NCBI GenBank assembly: GCA_009103225.1
Contig: RHPI01003389.1
Coordinates: 956,864-1,020,863 of the forward strand
Source of the DNA: Chlorokybus atmophyticus
Lineage: Eukaryota; Plantae; Mesostigma and Chlorokybus algae
Reading direction: 5' to 3'
Length of the DNA: 64,000 nucleotides
The position numbers and the translations under genes are program-made. The notes beneath the pieces are model-generated. The model ran no database searches. It saw only the letters and a list, made by a program, of their open reading frames with translations, and was not told the DNA's origin. Shown here in pieces: positions 21,235 to 33,199 of this stretch (within the stretch, counting starts at the first letter, position 1; each line of letters begins with the position of its first letter).

Positions 21235-21877
21235 TGTTGAAGGACTAGCATGCACATGTAGCTGAGGCAAGCATGGATACACACGGACAGAGCTACCGCC
21301 ACCAGAGCATACACAAGTCACATCACATTCATCTATTACAAGTTGTCCGCTGGTTCTTATACCAGCCAGTTACACACACGTCTACGTTTGCAAGCACTGC
21401 GTAAGCTATACTCAGCCTTTTGACGCGCTCTAAGCTGCGTTGTCTTTCTCACAACCAGAGCTTTCCAACAAGCTCTTACACGCCAAATATGAGTAAGTAT
21501 ACGCGGAGATACAAAGCAGTTAGTAAGGCTCCAGTCTGGAGTCCGGAGTCTGGTCCGACGATGCCATCTTGCTAAGTCCGGACCTAGTGCTCGTCCTTAC
21601 GACCTTCTACTCCTGTGTGGAGGGTCGATGCTGATCGTATGTAGGAATACTCTCAACAGAACTATGAGGCTTGAGTGTGGTGCATTGTATTAATGCTTAA
21701 TGCCACACGGCGGACTGATTGTTGAATGTTGCATGGCACATTCAATTGTGGTGACAGTTGTGCAGTGACGGCTGCCCGGTATTGTACACGTCCACATGCA
21801 AAAGTCTTAGCATACGATTAGCAATGCCTAACCGACTGATATGCTCCAAACTCAGAGTAGTGAGACAAGTACATGTG

Positions 21878-24800
21878 TCACATGGAAGTGCAGTGAACGT
21901 TCACCCAATACTTGCCCTCTTGTACACGGGCGCTGTCCTTGTCAAACATGGGGAGCAGCTGGACAATGCCTTTTACTTGCTCCAGAGTCACGACATCGAG
22001 ATGTGGACCGCCTCGACACTTTTCCCATTCCATAGCGATGCACTTTGTGTCGCTCGTCACATCCAGCTTCGTGTACCAGCGGACAAACATGACCTCCTTC
22101 CAAACACGCTCGCCGCTACCACCCCACACCACCACGCGCAAAAAAAGGAGTGCCTGAGCCCACCGCGTCACTTTCATACCGTCCTCATCACCTTCCAACT
22201 CAGGTGTAGAGAACCAAGGCCGCCCATGGAACATCCCAGTTGCGCGCGCCATGCTGACTCTTGATGTCATGTACACCGCTGCGCCTCCATTCACCACGCG
22301 AACAGCACGCCACCCGTCGGGCAACTCCAGTTGTTCCCTCCTCAACCAGCTGTCCAGGGTGGCAGGCAGCTTGTCGGCAAATGGAGTCTTCAAGGCGACT
22401 TGGCGGCTATGCGCAGATCCGCTCCGATACAGGCTGGACTCCCTCCTTGTCAGCACATCCATCCGTAGCAACTTGTCCGTCTTCTTCATGACATTACAGC
22501 ACTGCTGCCGCGCCTGCGCCATGACCGAGCGCATCTCGGGATCCACCATGCCATCCTCTCTCACATATTCCGCACAGCTCCATGCCTTCAGGATATGTGC
22601 TTGGTAGTCCCGGTTGTTGCCACCACGCGCCCACCGTTTGATATTTTGGGCGTGCGTCTGCTCCATGCGGTTGGCGCTGAACCAATCTGGGTGTCCACTG
22701 CTGACAATTGCCGGCCCAAAATGAGTGAGCTGATGCATCTTCTCGATCTTCCAACCTGACTTCTGTGCAGAATATGACGACAGTAGCGGATGCAACACTG
22801 CAGCTTTAATGGCAGCCAGCTCGTTGTCGGCTGTGGTCAGGGTCTCTCTTTTGTGTTCATGCGCCTTGAGCAACATCTTGTTCCACTGGGCAAGCGATGC
22901 GGCAGCAATAGTGAAGAAATCGTTGCCCTCACTGTCGAGCAGCAAACCGTCTGCGAGGACCGGCAGCAGCTGCAGCACCGCAACTTTCTCCACCACCTGA
23001 AAGGAGTGGTTGGACAGGAAGAAATCTACTGTGCTTGTGGGTGCCTTGAAGTGCAAAACCCGCAGAGTTGCCTTGCATGTATTCAGCCTGTGCACATCTG
23101 CTTGTGAGCACGTGTCGTTGGCTTTTGTGTTCAACACAAAAGCAACACTAAAGCCGTGCCTGGCCTGCAGAATTTGTCTCGTGGATGGACGCATTCGTTC
23201 CTTCACGGCGTCATACACAGCAGCAAGCAGGTGGTCAATGATGCCTCCCAGCACATGCATAGCGTCAGGGGTAAGACGAGAGTAGCAGTCAGCTCCCGGC
23301 ACCCGCGACTGTCGCCAACCCCACAGAGCATTCTGTCGCCAAACCACATTAGCTGGTTTCACGGAAAGCCATTCGTCTTCACGAATGCCGATAAGTTGAC
23401 CATTACCTCCTCGACATGCATGGAGTGCTGCTCTTTGAAAGCCTTGGCTGTCTGGCGTGCATTCCTAACACCGCTATGCAGGTCCGCCCGCAGCTGACGT
23501 ATTGCTGGTGTGTAGAAGGCCTCTGTTCTCAATTCCCGGTCCTCATCCATCTTCAACAGATTTGATTTGGTGACAAGACAAACATCGCAAGAATGTCATG
23601 ATTGGTTGCCCGACACAGTGCGTGCGAGTGTGGCAGTCTCCTACAACACGACAAACTCAAATGTTCTATTGACAACATCCTCCATGACCTGTTTGCTGGC
23701 AGGCTGCATCCGGTTACAACCATGCATGCCCACTACCTGCAAATCGCTGATATAGTTGGCAAGCGCGGGAAACACACGACGCTCGATGCCATTCGGGTCG
23801 ATGAGCTGCGAACCTTCTCAACTCGCCCGCTTCACATCCCCTAACACTACATTCAAAGCGTCATGAAAAATTTCACGTTTTCGAATGGAGAACGATTTCT
23901 AACCCTGCGCCCCGGTGGGATGCTCGGCCACTGCGTGAACCACCGGCAGAAGCGCTATCATAACAACCCCTATGTTGCTAGCATACATGTCCCAACTGTA
24001 GTTGGCAAGCGATGGCATCAAAAGGTAGCCAGAGCGCTTGCCCGCGCTGTCCAGCGTGGTCTTGTCACTGTACAGAATGGCAGGCGCCAAGTAGGACGCT
24101 TCCCCCACCTCTCTCCTCAAATCCATCTCCACATCCTTCCACCAATCGCCCGTGGAAGGATGGCCAAAGCTGTGCTCGTCACCACTGTAGATTGAAGCCA
24201 TTGGCGGCATGTGGATTGCCATACAACCGCGCGAGCCATACCTACTCCGACTAAGAGCATTACTTACTATGCTGGCCTCAGAATAGATACTGCATCGATA
24301 CTGCATTATGTACTGCATGTCACAGACCTTGGCCGGCATATATGTGACGCTGATGTCCTGATCCTCAGGGTCTCCAGGCTTGCGCAGATCAGCCGTCACG
24401 TAGTTCTGATACGGCAGCACACTCGCATGTGCATATGTGACATGGCTCTGATGGTTGAAGCACATGCACCGCACACCGTGAACACACCTCAGACTGAGAG
24501 AAATCAATTGTGGTCCGGAGGTAGCTGGCCACATGCACACCGGTCTCCCACTGGAGCTCTTCCGTCAGGAAGTGTGCATTTCGGATGCACTTGATGATCC
24601 GCCCCATGTCGGAGGCCGACAAGCCTTGGCCGTTGTTGCACTGCACGAATACCACTGCAAGAGCATGCTCCGAGCCATACCACCTGGATTCCAACACGTG
24701 CGAAGGGCTGCCTCCACTTCCATGTTGGCGTGCCACAGGTTTCTCAGGCACACGCACACATCGAAAGCCCTCGTTCACTTCCTCCTCCTCCTGTTGCTGC

Positions 24801-25009
24801 TGTGCGTGTATCTCCTGGAGGAATCCTTCAGCATCAAGCATGTGCGCCTCGATCGAACTCCCCGGTTGAACATGACCCGCATCGTACCGTAATGGACGCT
24901 GGTCGACATACAGCTTGATCTGCTTGCACACCCTGCTGCTAATAATGTGCATGCAGACCGAGCTGCGTGTGGCGAAGCGCCTGTGGCAATACGAACAAAG
25001 GACTCCCAT
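21878..25009 (-). CDS. Plavaka-type (CMC/CACTA-related) DDE transposase, spliced and partly decayed
   Basis: N-terminal CSYC...H....C finger. FGHPSTGDWW...PAILYSDKTTLDSAGKRSGY (first Asp), NYISDLQ (second Asp), PDAMHVLGG, and KMHQLTHF...G....SANRMEQTHAQNIK (catalytic Glu region). Confidence 0.8.
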
Positions 25010-25172
25010 ATCTCACTACTAACGTCGACACAGGTGTCGCCAATGTAACCTGCATCATATCCAGCAACACGCACACCCGCCGCCGCCGCCGCCGCCGCCA
25101 CCGCCACCGCCACCGCCACCGCTACCCTTGCATGCCAGAGGTGGGAAACTTGGCCGCCATTCACTGGCTCCG

Positions 25173-25224
25173 TCGTACCATTATTATGGTACGATCAAGC
25201 CATTGCACGTCCAGGGTGAGTCTC

Positions 25225-25267
<43 letters not shown>

Positions 25268-25360
25268 TGATTGAACCGTTTCAATGGTACGAAGATGCCT
25301 TTGCCAAAAGGTACCATTGAAATGGTATCTTTGTACAGTGGCAATGGCAGTTCGTACCAT
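25173..25360. promoter_or_regulatory. Second cluster of four ATGGTACGA motifs around a (TA)n tract, between divergent genes
   Basis: Exact 9-mers at 25173 (reverse complement), 25186, 25284 and 25352 (reverse complement). (TA)n at about 25228-25265. Confidence 0.55.
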
Positions 25361-25439
25361 TGACAACTCTGGCATGTCAGTCCCCCTGCGCATGAAAACA
25401 CCATTGATAGCTCCGCCAAGCTATGCCCTTATAGGGGCG

Positions 25440-26375
25440 TGATGCCGAGGGTATGTGGCGTTTGGAGGATCGTTGGCGGCGCTGCCAGGGGCGTAGTGGG
25501 CATTGTGGTCGAGGTCCGAGATGAATTCCATGTTCGCACAGGCCGGGCAGGGTGCCGGAGGGGTGTCCTCGGTGTCAAACCCCACCATGCCTACCAAGGG
25601 CACAGCCAATGACGACAGTGGCTCGGGCAATATCTTACACGGCTCCCCCTTCGAGTGGGCAAAGGCACACCACAATACTGCCTCTAAAAAAATCCGACCC
25701 ACCAGCAGCTGCGACCATGGCGACATGATTGAAGGGACCAAACAAGACTGGCATAACCAAGGTGGGTTACGATGCACTGTCAATGCCATATGCTAGGGTT
25801 CTTTTATCTTGCACATGCACAGCCTCAAATATCTTGCAATTGACATACACTGTCAATACCACATACACACCCTCATGCACAACCTCCAGTGTCATGGACA
25901 TGAACAGCATGACCAATCTCGCAAATGCACAGCCTATTTCTACTTGCAAGAGCTCACAAGTCGCAAAAGAGAAGCTGCGCAGTACCACGAACGGGTAATC
26001 CATGACCTAGTTTAATGTTCCCAGCGGTATTTAAGCAGTATGCTTGCAGATTGCCATGTTGGTCAGAGTGAACCGAGAGCAGCGCGGCAGACTGACTGTC
26101 TGCCTGGCGGAGTGCAACAAAGCGAAAGACGAGGTAAGCATGTGTATGCTGATGGGCTAGTCCTCTGGCAGAACGCCACTCTTACAGCATTACCAAATGC
26201 AGGTGGTCACTCTCAAAGCGACCATCAAGCGCATGCGCGTGCACGGCGAGGCGCTAACATTTATGCTGAAGGACGAAGTAGCCACTGTACTGTCAGCGAG
26301 CGCGGCAGCAGATGAAGATGACTCCGGCGTTGAAGCAGAAGACTTGTCGGAGGAGGAACAGGAGGAGGGGGTTTG
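25440..26375 (+). CDS. Spliced cargo gene of unknown function with an acidic C-terminus
   Basis: Exon-like ORF 25503-25790 and a last exon reading ...DEDDSGVEAEDLSEEEQEEGV*. The exon structure is uncertain. Confidence 0.4.
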
Positions 26376-26939
26376 AGGAGGAGTTCTGAGGCAGGCACCA
26401 CGGGTTGATAAGTTGCGCATGAGTCCAACAGCTATATTCAATGTTATAGGGTAGTTTCATGCGCAAGTCGGCTGCTCAGTTGCAAGTGGACATACTCTCA
26501 CCACTGCCGGTACATTGTATATATCGTGGGCTTATAGGTGCAAGACCAAACAATCAGTCCAAGGTTTGTACAAGCTGCATGGCATGTTAGTGTTGGCTTA
26601 CGGCAAGAATTGCCAACTTTTGTCAAACGGCAAGGGTCACATATTAACAGCAGTGTAACGGCAAACAAACTGCCGGCTATTGCTGTCAGCTGTCCGTAAC
26701 TACCGGCTAATGGCCATCTGTGCACATTGACTAAAGGGTAACTGGTTGACAACTCTCGGCCGGTTAATGCCACTGACAACCACTTTCGGCCCGCGGCCGT
26801 CTGCGTCAGTCCACTTAAGCCAACGGCAAACCCAACAGTAAAAAAGTAATATTTCAGGCAGCGACAGGCAGGCTCAGGCAGGCTCAGGCACCAGTCAGTC
26901 CCTCAGTCCTTAGTCAGTCATCGTGAAAAATTTGCGATG

Positions 26940-27786
26940 GTTTAGAACCAGTTTCACCTTCCTTTGCAACTTGTGAACTTGGTTCCCTTCGTGTCCATGC
27001 ATGTTGAAAGCTTCCCCTAGGCTGATCACCACGCTCTTGCTTGCTCCCACGCCTCTAGTCAGCGTTTGTCGCAGAAGACTTAAGTACAACGCGTCAAGAC
27101 GCTCCGCGATGCGTATAGCTTGCGCTAAAGTTTTAGGATCTCGTAGCTCCACTTCTTGCGTCCCAAAGGTTTTAAACCATGCGTGTACCTGTCCAACTGC
27201 TCTTCTTTGGTCATATTGGGTAAGGACATCACAAAACGCTGAAACGTAGCCGTGTACGCAGTCACTGACCCCGTTTGCAGAAGGGCTGCAATTTTATCGC
27301 GTGCGGCCTTCGCACTCTCCACGGGAACAAACGGATGCCTGATCTCCAGAGCCAACTCTTCCATGGTGGTCAATGGTAGCGCCAACCCACTTGCGACACG
27401 CGTACAACAATGTCTTCACCATACAAGTGCTGCACCTTCAAGCAATGTCGCTGCAACGTCCACGTGCAGATGCGTGGGCACCTCTATGAGCTTCAACCAA
27501 AACGATACTTGCAAAACCATTGGCCTACTGCATCTCCATCACGTTGACCCTTGAATGGCTTGGGCTTTGGCACCTTCACATGCACGCGCGACCTTTATGC
27601 CAAGGGAACTTGTATACGCGCCATCGCATGCTCATACGCCTCGCGTTGTGCTTGTGCCGCCGCTTGAGTGTGATGAAGCTCTTCCTTCAATGCTAAGATG
27701 GCAGCTTGAAGCTCTTCCATCCGAGCGTCCTCCATCTCCACTAACACACTACACTCCACTTCCGAATGAAAAGTGTAATCGCCCAC
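26940..27786 (-). pseudogene. Gypsy gag, N-terminal part
   Basis: LLQTGSVTAYTATFQRF...QLDRYTHGLKP and LAQAIRIAERLD are retrotransposon gag motifs. Joins in frame to 7555. Confidence 0.88.
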
Positions 27787-27815
27787 ACACTTCCTCTCTC
27801 ACCTTCGTATTCCGT

Positions 27816-27827
27816 GCTCCGATACCA
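27816..27827 (-). other. Gypsy PBS TGGTATCGGAGC (3' end of tRNA-iMet)
   Basis: Lies 2 nt inside the 5' LTR, with one mismatch to the canonical TGGTATCAGAGC. Confidence 0.85.
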
Positions 27828-27829
27828 TC

Positions 27830-28488
27830 TGTGACGGTGCTCGTGCCTTGTCATCTGTGAGTTGGTCCAATCAACAACCCTCTCACCAAGGCACGGTATT
27901 CACACCGAAACCTTGCCCCCTCTGCCAAGCACACACGCGTGCCCCGCCACTCGCGTACGCACGCGCACGCGCTTGAAGCTACACACCGACTTGTGTAGCA
28001 CCTTGGATCGTCACGCAAGCAAGCACACACCAGTGGACACACATTAGCAACCCCTGCTAACTACCACTAGGCTTGCACACAAGAATTTGGGAAGCCAAAG
28101 GTTGTATGGCACATTGTAGAATGTCGCTTTTATACCTACCAGTCTGCACATGCTACTGTCTAGACGATTCCTGTACTACAAAAAACCAGATGCTAAGATG
28201 GTATTGCAGAACCTTGTAGTATACTTCTGTACCTTTCTTACGCACCAAAGATCTCCTGGTAGGTGCTCATATGGTCAAGTTATATTACTTGGCGCCAGGC
28301 CCTTCCAAAAATCTGGTCGAGCCCTTCTCGACTGGCCCTCCGTTTTCTGGCACCTTCCGGACTGGTCTTGGGGCCCCTATCGATATCCGCGGCAGACTCA
28401 TAACTCGCCGATATCTACCATAAGCCATGAAAACGTGGTGCTCGATAAATGGGCAAAAAAGGGTCCTAAAATAACCTCGACTGTTACA
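27830..28488 (-). repeat. 5' LTR of the gypsy element
   Basis: TG...CA termini (TGTGACGG ... TGTTACA) and alignment with 749-1844. Confidence 0.9.
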
Positions 28489-30366
28489 CACGATTGCAGA
28501 ATGCCAAGCATGGTATTAATCAGTTTGCGTGCTAGTAATGGTTTCATAAGCAGCGCGTCAGCATTGGCACAAGCCGCTTGTGCCACCTACCGGTAGGTAA
28601 ATTAGCGGCCAATACTAGCACAACCGGTTTTGTGCCAGTTTTAGGGATTTTCGGGTCTAACCCCAAAAGGCAGGTGCTATTACTGGCACGAGCTGCAGGC
28701 GCCATGTGGTACATCAATAGCAATATACGTTAATGCCGACTTGTTGACGACATTTGCATTAAAGTGTCGGGCTGAGGAGAGTCGAGGGTTACAATGTCTC
28801 AAACAGCTGCAGAGAAGGACATGCTCACTAGACATGCTACTACGCAGCATGCTGTAGCATGTTAACAAAAGCAAAAGCTAATTCAGCTCTTATGGTGCGA
28901 AGCCCCACTGGAGCTTGCCAACTACTGCGTACGATGGACATGAGGAGATGATCTCCGCCATAGTGTACATGCTGTGATGTAAAACATACACGTCAGCGAG
29001 TCACAACGATAGGTAGCGCTGTTTTCACGGTTCTTCGCATGAGTGAAAAACGTACTACATTATTGAGTGAGGTGAATGAGCAAGCAACACGTGGATACTA
29101 TGCCCTGGCTGATGCCAATAAGCACACCGCAACCAAGCTCACAACAATGACAACCACAGTGCACAAGAACATGCACAGGCTGTCACACAGTGAGAGAATT
29201 CTTGGTAACCGGGACGGCGTGTTCGTAGTTCAAGTCGCATCACAAGCTCTTAGCTTTCTCACTCTAATTGTCACCAGCTAATCTAGTGAACATTGTGACT
29301 ACTGAAACAAGTAAAATCATGACTGTTTGGAAGATAAGACGACGGTCCTATCAAGGCTAATTTCAAGGAACCCCCACTCGATACAGAACAAAACCTATGA
29401 CCAAACTCACAATTGAACAGCTACGTGTGGTGCCTATGTAGGCTATGGTCATGAGCTAGTCTAGAGTCATGACCTAACTATTGGTCAGTGACGCGCGCGG
29501 GTCTTCATGCGGATAGACCGGGCAAGGGCCTGAATGTAGGCATATTTAATGCATGAAGGCTGACATGCGAGGACAATGAAGGCTAACATGCAAGGACAAT
29601 GGGCATAACAAAGGGAAGGAGCTTTACTCATTTTATGGCATTTATTAATTATATGGCATGCAACATGTCACAGAAAGGGGGGGGGGGCTCAACTCAATGC
29701 ATTCGCGATTGCATATGTGCGGGAAATGAGCAGGTGCTCGTGCAACACATATTGCTTGGTATTCTTTGCTGCAGGCCGGTGAGTCGCTCGTAAAGTTGTG
29801 TAACTACTTATGATTTAAACCTGGCACAAATTAGTGTAAGGGCTTGTTGCAACACATCTTGTCGTCTACTTCGTCATAACAATTACTTATGTTAGTCATT
29901 CACTTACGGCCAATTACAATGCGAGATGGCCTAGCGTAGCCACAATTATTTCGTGGATGTGCGCTCAACGTGATTGAACAATAAATGATACAATTATTCG
30001 CTTAACTCAAAGTTGATGCAATGACGCCCGCTTTAATATATACCACAATACCATGACTACTACCACAACTCATTATGGAAATGAAGGACTGACACGCCAA
30101 GAACAGAAACGGATGGAAGGCACGCATTTGATAGCAGCTAATAGCATCCTCAAGGAGAGGATCATGCCGAGTTCTACTAAGTGGCATTAGACCTTGGGCC
30201 TGGTGTGATTGCCTTGCTTCGCTGACTGTACACTGTACACTGTAAAGCAAAGACCGTCATAAGAAGTGCCAGCTGGCAGGCTGACTAGGGTTAGAACGCG
30301 GCGGCGGCGGCGGTGGCGTCGTCGTCGCCGGCAGTGGGGTTGACGTGCAAGTGGCAGGCTTCCGAC

Positions 30367-32190
30367 ATGGCGTCTGCGGGCTGTTCTGGTCGGGTGCTGA
30401 TTGCCGGTGCTCTGCTGCAGCTGCTTGTTGCGGCACATGTGGCTGCCGCGGCTGCCGTCGTGCCACCTGCCAAGGCCGGTGCGACAGGGGCGCCTACCGT
30501 CAGGGCGGCTGTCTTGGTGAGTGTCACCTTTGTCAAGGTTGCTCAGCTTCGTTTACAGATTCGAATTGACACGACAGCATGTTGGTCTACCAACGTGCTG
30601 TGCTTTAGTCCGTGGGACAATACGGTGACAAAACTGTGCGTCGACACGGGTTGATCGGCAGCGCCTAACGCGTTTTCAAAGCACTGTAGCATGCTTGTAT
30701 GTTCTGCACAGGTCAGCAGTGTGCTGGATCTCGTTGCTGTTGAAGTCTGTGTTTCATTCTTGCTGACTGAATGCTCTGTGTCGGTGGCTGCACCCAGCAG
30801 GGCGTCGTAGATCGGATCAGCAAGCAGCAGGGGCTCCGTCGTGAAGATCTGGACATCAGCAGCATCAGCACAGACGTCCAGGTATACTCGCAATGAACTC
30901 CACAACATTGTGATCGTCTCTTGGTACTGGAGAGAATATGCATGCTGCATGACAGTTAGCGATCGGTCAACGTGGCTGTCATTGATCTGTCACTTCAAGT
31001 GGCATATAGGTGACGCTTACCTAGGGATCAGAGTGTGTCAACTTACATGCAGCTGGTCAACAGCGTGTTGCACAGCATGGCCTGTTGTTGTGTTTTGTGC
31101 ATGCCGCCAAGTGCCATTTTCTCTCTCCTGGCAGGTAGGGCACGCAACGGTGGCGGATTTTACTGTTGAAGCAGGCGGTCGCGTTCAAGACTACAGCATC
31201 GCAAGCGATCTCATCTGGGAGGATGCACCGTTACCATCATTGGCAGCAGCCGAGTCTGGCGTAGAGCAGTCGAGCAAAGAACAGTTGGGCTTGTGGGCAC
31301 CTCAAGGCATTCGCTCTTTACTCGGCACGCTCACCATCGCGGGTCCAGTAGAGCTGGTTCTTGACCGGATGAAGGTGCTGCGCCTCTCCATGCCTCATGA
31401 TGTGGATGCCGGAGAGTTGAGGAGGATTCAGGTGGCAGATGGAGCTGTTGTAAACATAGTTGGCGCACGGGAAGTTGCTCTGCGCTGGCCTGTTGAGCTC
31501 GGCCGCGCGCTAAGCAAGCAGTCATCAGCTTCAGGCCCCAACCAGAACAGTCTGCTGGCTGCTTTGGAGCACGCGAGGCAGCGAGCCGTGGCAGGCAAAG
31601 GGTTTCCAGTGTCGCTGTATGTGACGGACCCTTCTGCACTTGTCTCTGTACCATATGTTGGGCGTCTCAAAGTCCGGAGATTGTCTCCCGGCGCCATTGA
31701 GATTCAGCCAACAAGTGTCTCAGCGCCCAGTGCCAGTCCCCGGCATCCGCTGCTCTGGCCCTTGGCCGGGCTCAATGTCACTGCAATCCGCCTATCGGCC
31801 ATTGAGAAGGTCTTGAAAGACTCTTTGCAGCTTCAACCCAAAGACAACGTGCGGGTGCTGAAGGCCACAGCTTCACCGGTTGTCCTCGTGAAGCTGCAAT
31901 TTGAGCTGGAAAAGCAGCAGCTTGCAGATGAGACTGCAGACGTGCAGTTGTCGTTGGGTTTTGAGCTTGAGGGCCCAACCAAAGTCAAGCGCGAAGCAGC
32001 GGTGGAAAGGTGGGAAGCTCTGGTCCGCTGGGATGAAAAAACTGGCGCTCAGGTGGTGAGTGCACAGCAAAGGCAGCCGGAGCCCGTGGCGGTCTCGCTG
32101 TCGCCCAGCTTGTTGGTTAACAACCACACAGGCCCGCATGATTATGTCTTGTTCCCCGGCAACAACTTGGGGTTGACTATGATTACTTAG
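30367..32190 (+). CDS. TIN1: Secretory-pathway protein resembling plant TUNICAMYCIN INDUCED 1 (spliced)
   Basis: Hydrophobic signal peptide in the first exon. AGPVELVL...LSMPHDVDAGELRRIQVADGAVVNIVGAREVALRWPVEL and LKVRRLSPGAIE resemble the plant TIN1 core as recalled. Confidence 0.7.
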
Positions 32191-32959
32191 TCCATTAGGA
32201 CACCTCATAGACCTCCTCGCTCTAGTTTTGTGTGTGGTTATGTGCATACTAACTGTATGATTGCAGATACGTAGAGTGAATCGTGTCGCGGATGTAGCTA
32301 TTGCAATAAAGGTTGCATGTCATTGCAAGTAGTATGGCAGTTGTGTATTGTGATTGGTGCTATGGCAGTGCCAGTGCGGCTGGCTGCATGCTGTTCTGCG
32401 CATGTGGAGTGTCGGTTACGTGACAGAGAGCAGTTCGCGCAGTGTAGCAGCATGATACATTCCTGTATAGTAGAGTTTTGTATTGCATCCAGTTCAAGGT
32501 CTTTGTCATGGTGGCCGACGCCGGAGGTGTCCTGGTCGCATGCGTGCAAGTTCGTGCACAACGCGTGCCATCGAAGGAGCAGTACATCTGCTAACAAATT
32601 GTTAGTGGGTAGCGGCAGCAGTGGTGTAGCTAGGTAACCCGGTGTACATGATGAAATGATATGTGTTGGCGCGTGCAAGAGCATGTGGATTGCGTGCACT
32701 GTAGATGGGCACTGGTTCGTCACATTGTTTGTAAACTGGCCTACACGTGTGCACACACACAGTCATCACTTGCATTTCCTGTACACAATGACAATGGCAA
32801 TGCAGGCACAGATATCTGCTCAGGCACAAGGACACAAATGTGCGATGCATTTATTGCATGTGTGCAATAGCACATTTGATTTTTGTACAGCTCTGCGCTG
32901 CACATGCATGAGGCTCTGCTTGTACAGAAAATGCGCAAGGGAATTGCCCATGTAGATGT

Positions 32960-33199
32960 GCACTGGCAGTTTGGTCTGATGTACACACGGGCGTGCACAG
33001 ATGTGTGCAATTGAACATGGTGCAGCACCAAGCATCCATAGTCTATGCTTTACCAACATCGCGTAGTACTTGAATGGCGGCACTGGCAGTTTGGTCTGAT
33101 GTACACACGGGTGTGCACAGATGTGTGCAATTGAACATGGTGCAGCACCAAGCATCCATAGTCTATGATTTACCAACATCGCGCAGTACTCGAATGGCG
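32960..33199. repeat. Two tandem copies of a 120-bp unit
   Basis: GCACTGGCAGTTTGGTCTGATGTACACACGGG... begins at 32960 and 33080. Confidence 0.9.

Larger units (their letters stand above)
16754..21658 (-). mobile_element. Intact, very young Ty1/copia LTR retrotransposon (family A)
   Basis: Two 424-bp LTRs (16754-17177, 21235-21658) with no difference seen by eye. 5-bp TSD GAACT (16749-16753, 21659-21663). PPT CGCGTGGGAG and a single open polyprotein. Confidence 0.97.
7556..26939. mobile_element. Large cargo-carrying DNA transposon (Plavaka/CMC-type), about 14.5 kb net of a nested Copia
   Basis: Imperfect TIRs CGTCGCAATATGTTTT / AAAAATTTGCGATG and 2-bp TSD GT (7554-7555, 26940-26941). Removing it rejoins gypsy gag in frame (ETGSK-PSPMEVG). 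Subterminal repeats and an internal transposase are present. A second copy with the same left end lies at 56201-60374. Confidence 0.88.
749..28488 (-). mobile_element. Degenerate Ty3/gypsy (chromovirus-type) LTR retrotransposon carrying nested insertions
   Basis: Matching LTRs at 749-1844 and 27830-28488. Near-TSD AACGA (744-748) and CACGA (28489-28493). iMet PBS and PPT present. gag-PR-RT-RH-IN-chromodomain order on the minus strand, broken by stops and frameshifts. Confidence 0.92.

Noticed and set aside
7556-26939. Endogenous giant virus or Polinton
   Set aside because: No capsid, packaging ATPase, PolB or integrase motifs were seen. The genes are spliced and the unit has short TIRs with a DDE transposase.
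7556-26939. TET/JBP dioxygenase cargo, as in fungal Plavaka/KDZ elements
   Set aside because: No HxD...H 2OG-Fe(II) signature was recognised in any frame I read, although the unknown genes remain unassigned.
28489-30300. Coding or RNA gene between the gypsy and the TIN1-like gene
   Set aside because: Only short unrelated ORFs, one small direct repeat near 29550-29600 and an isolated TTTAGGG were seen; nothing is supportable.
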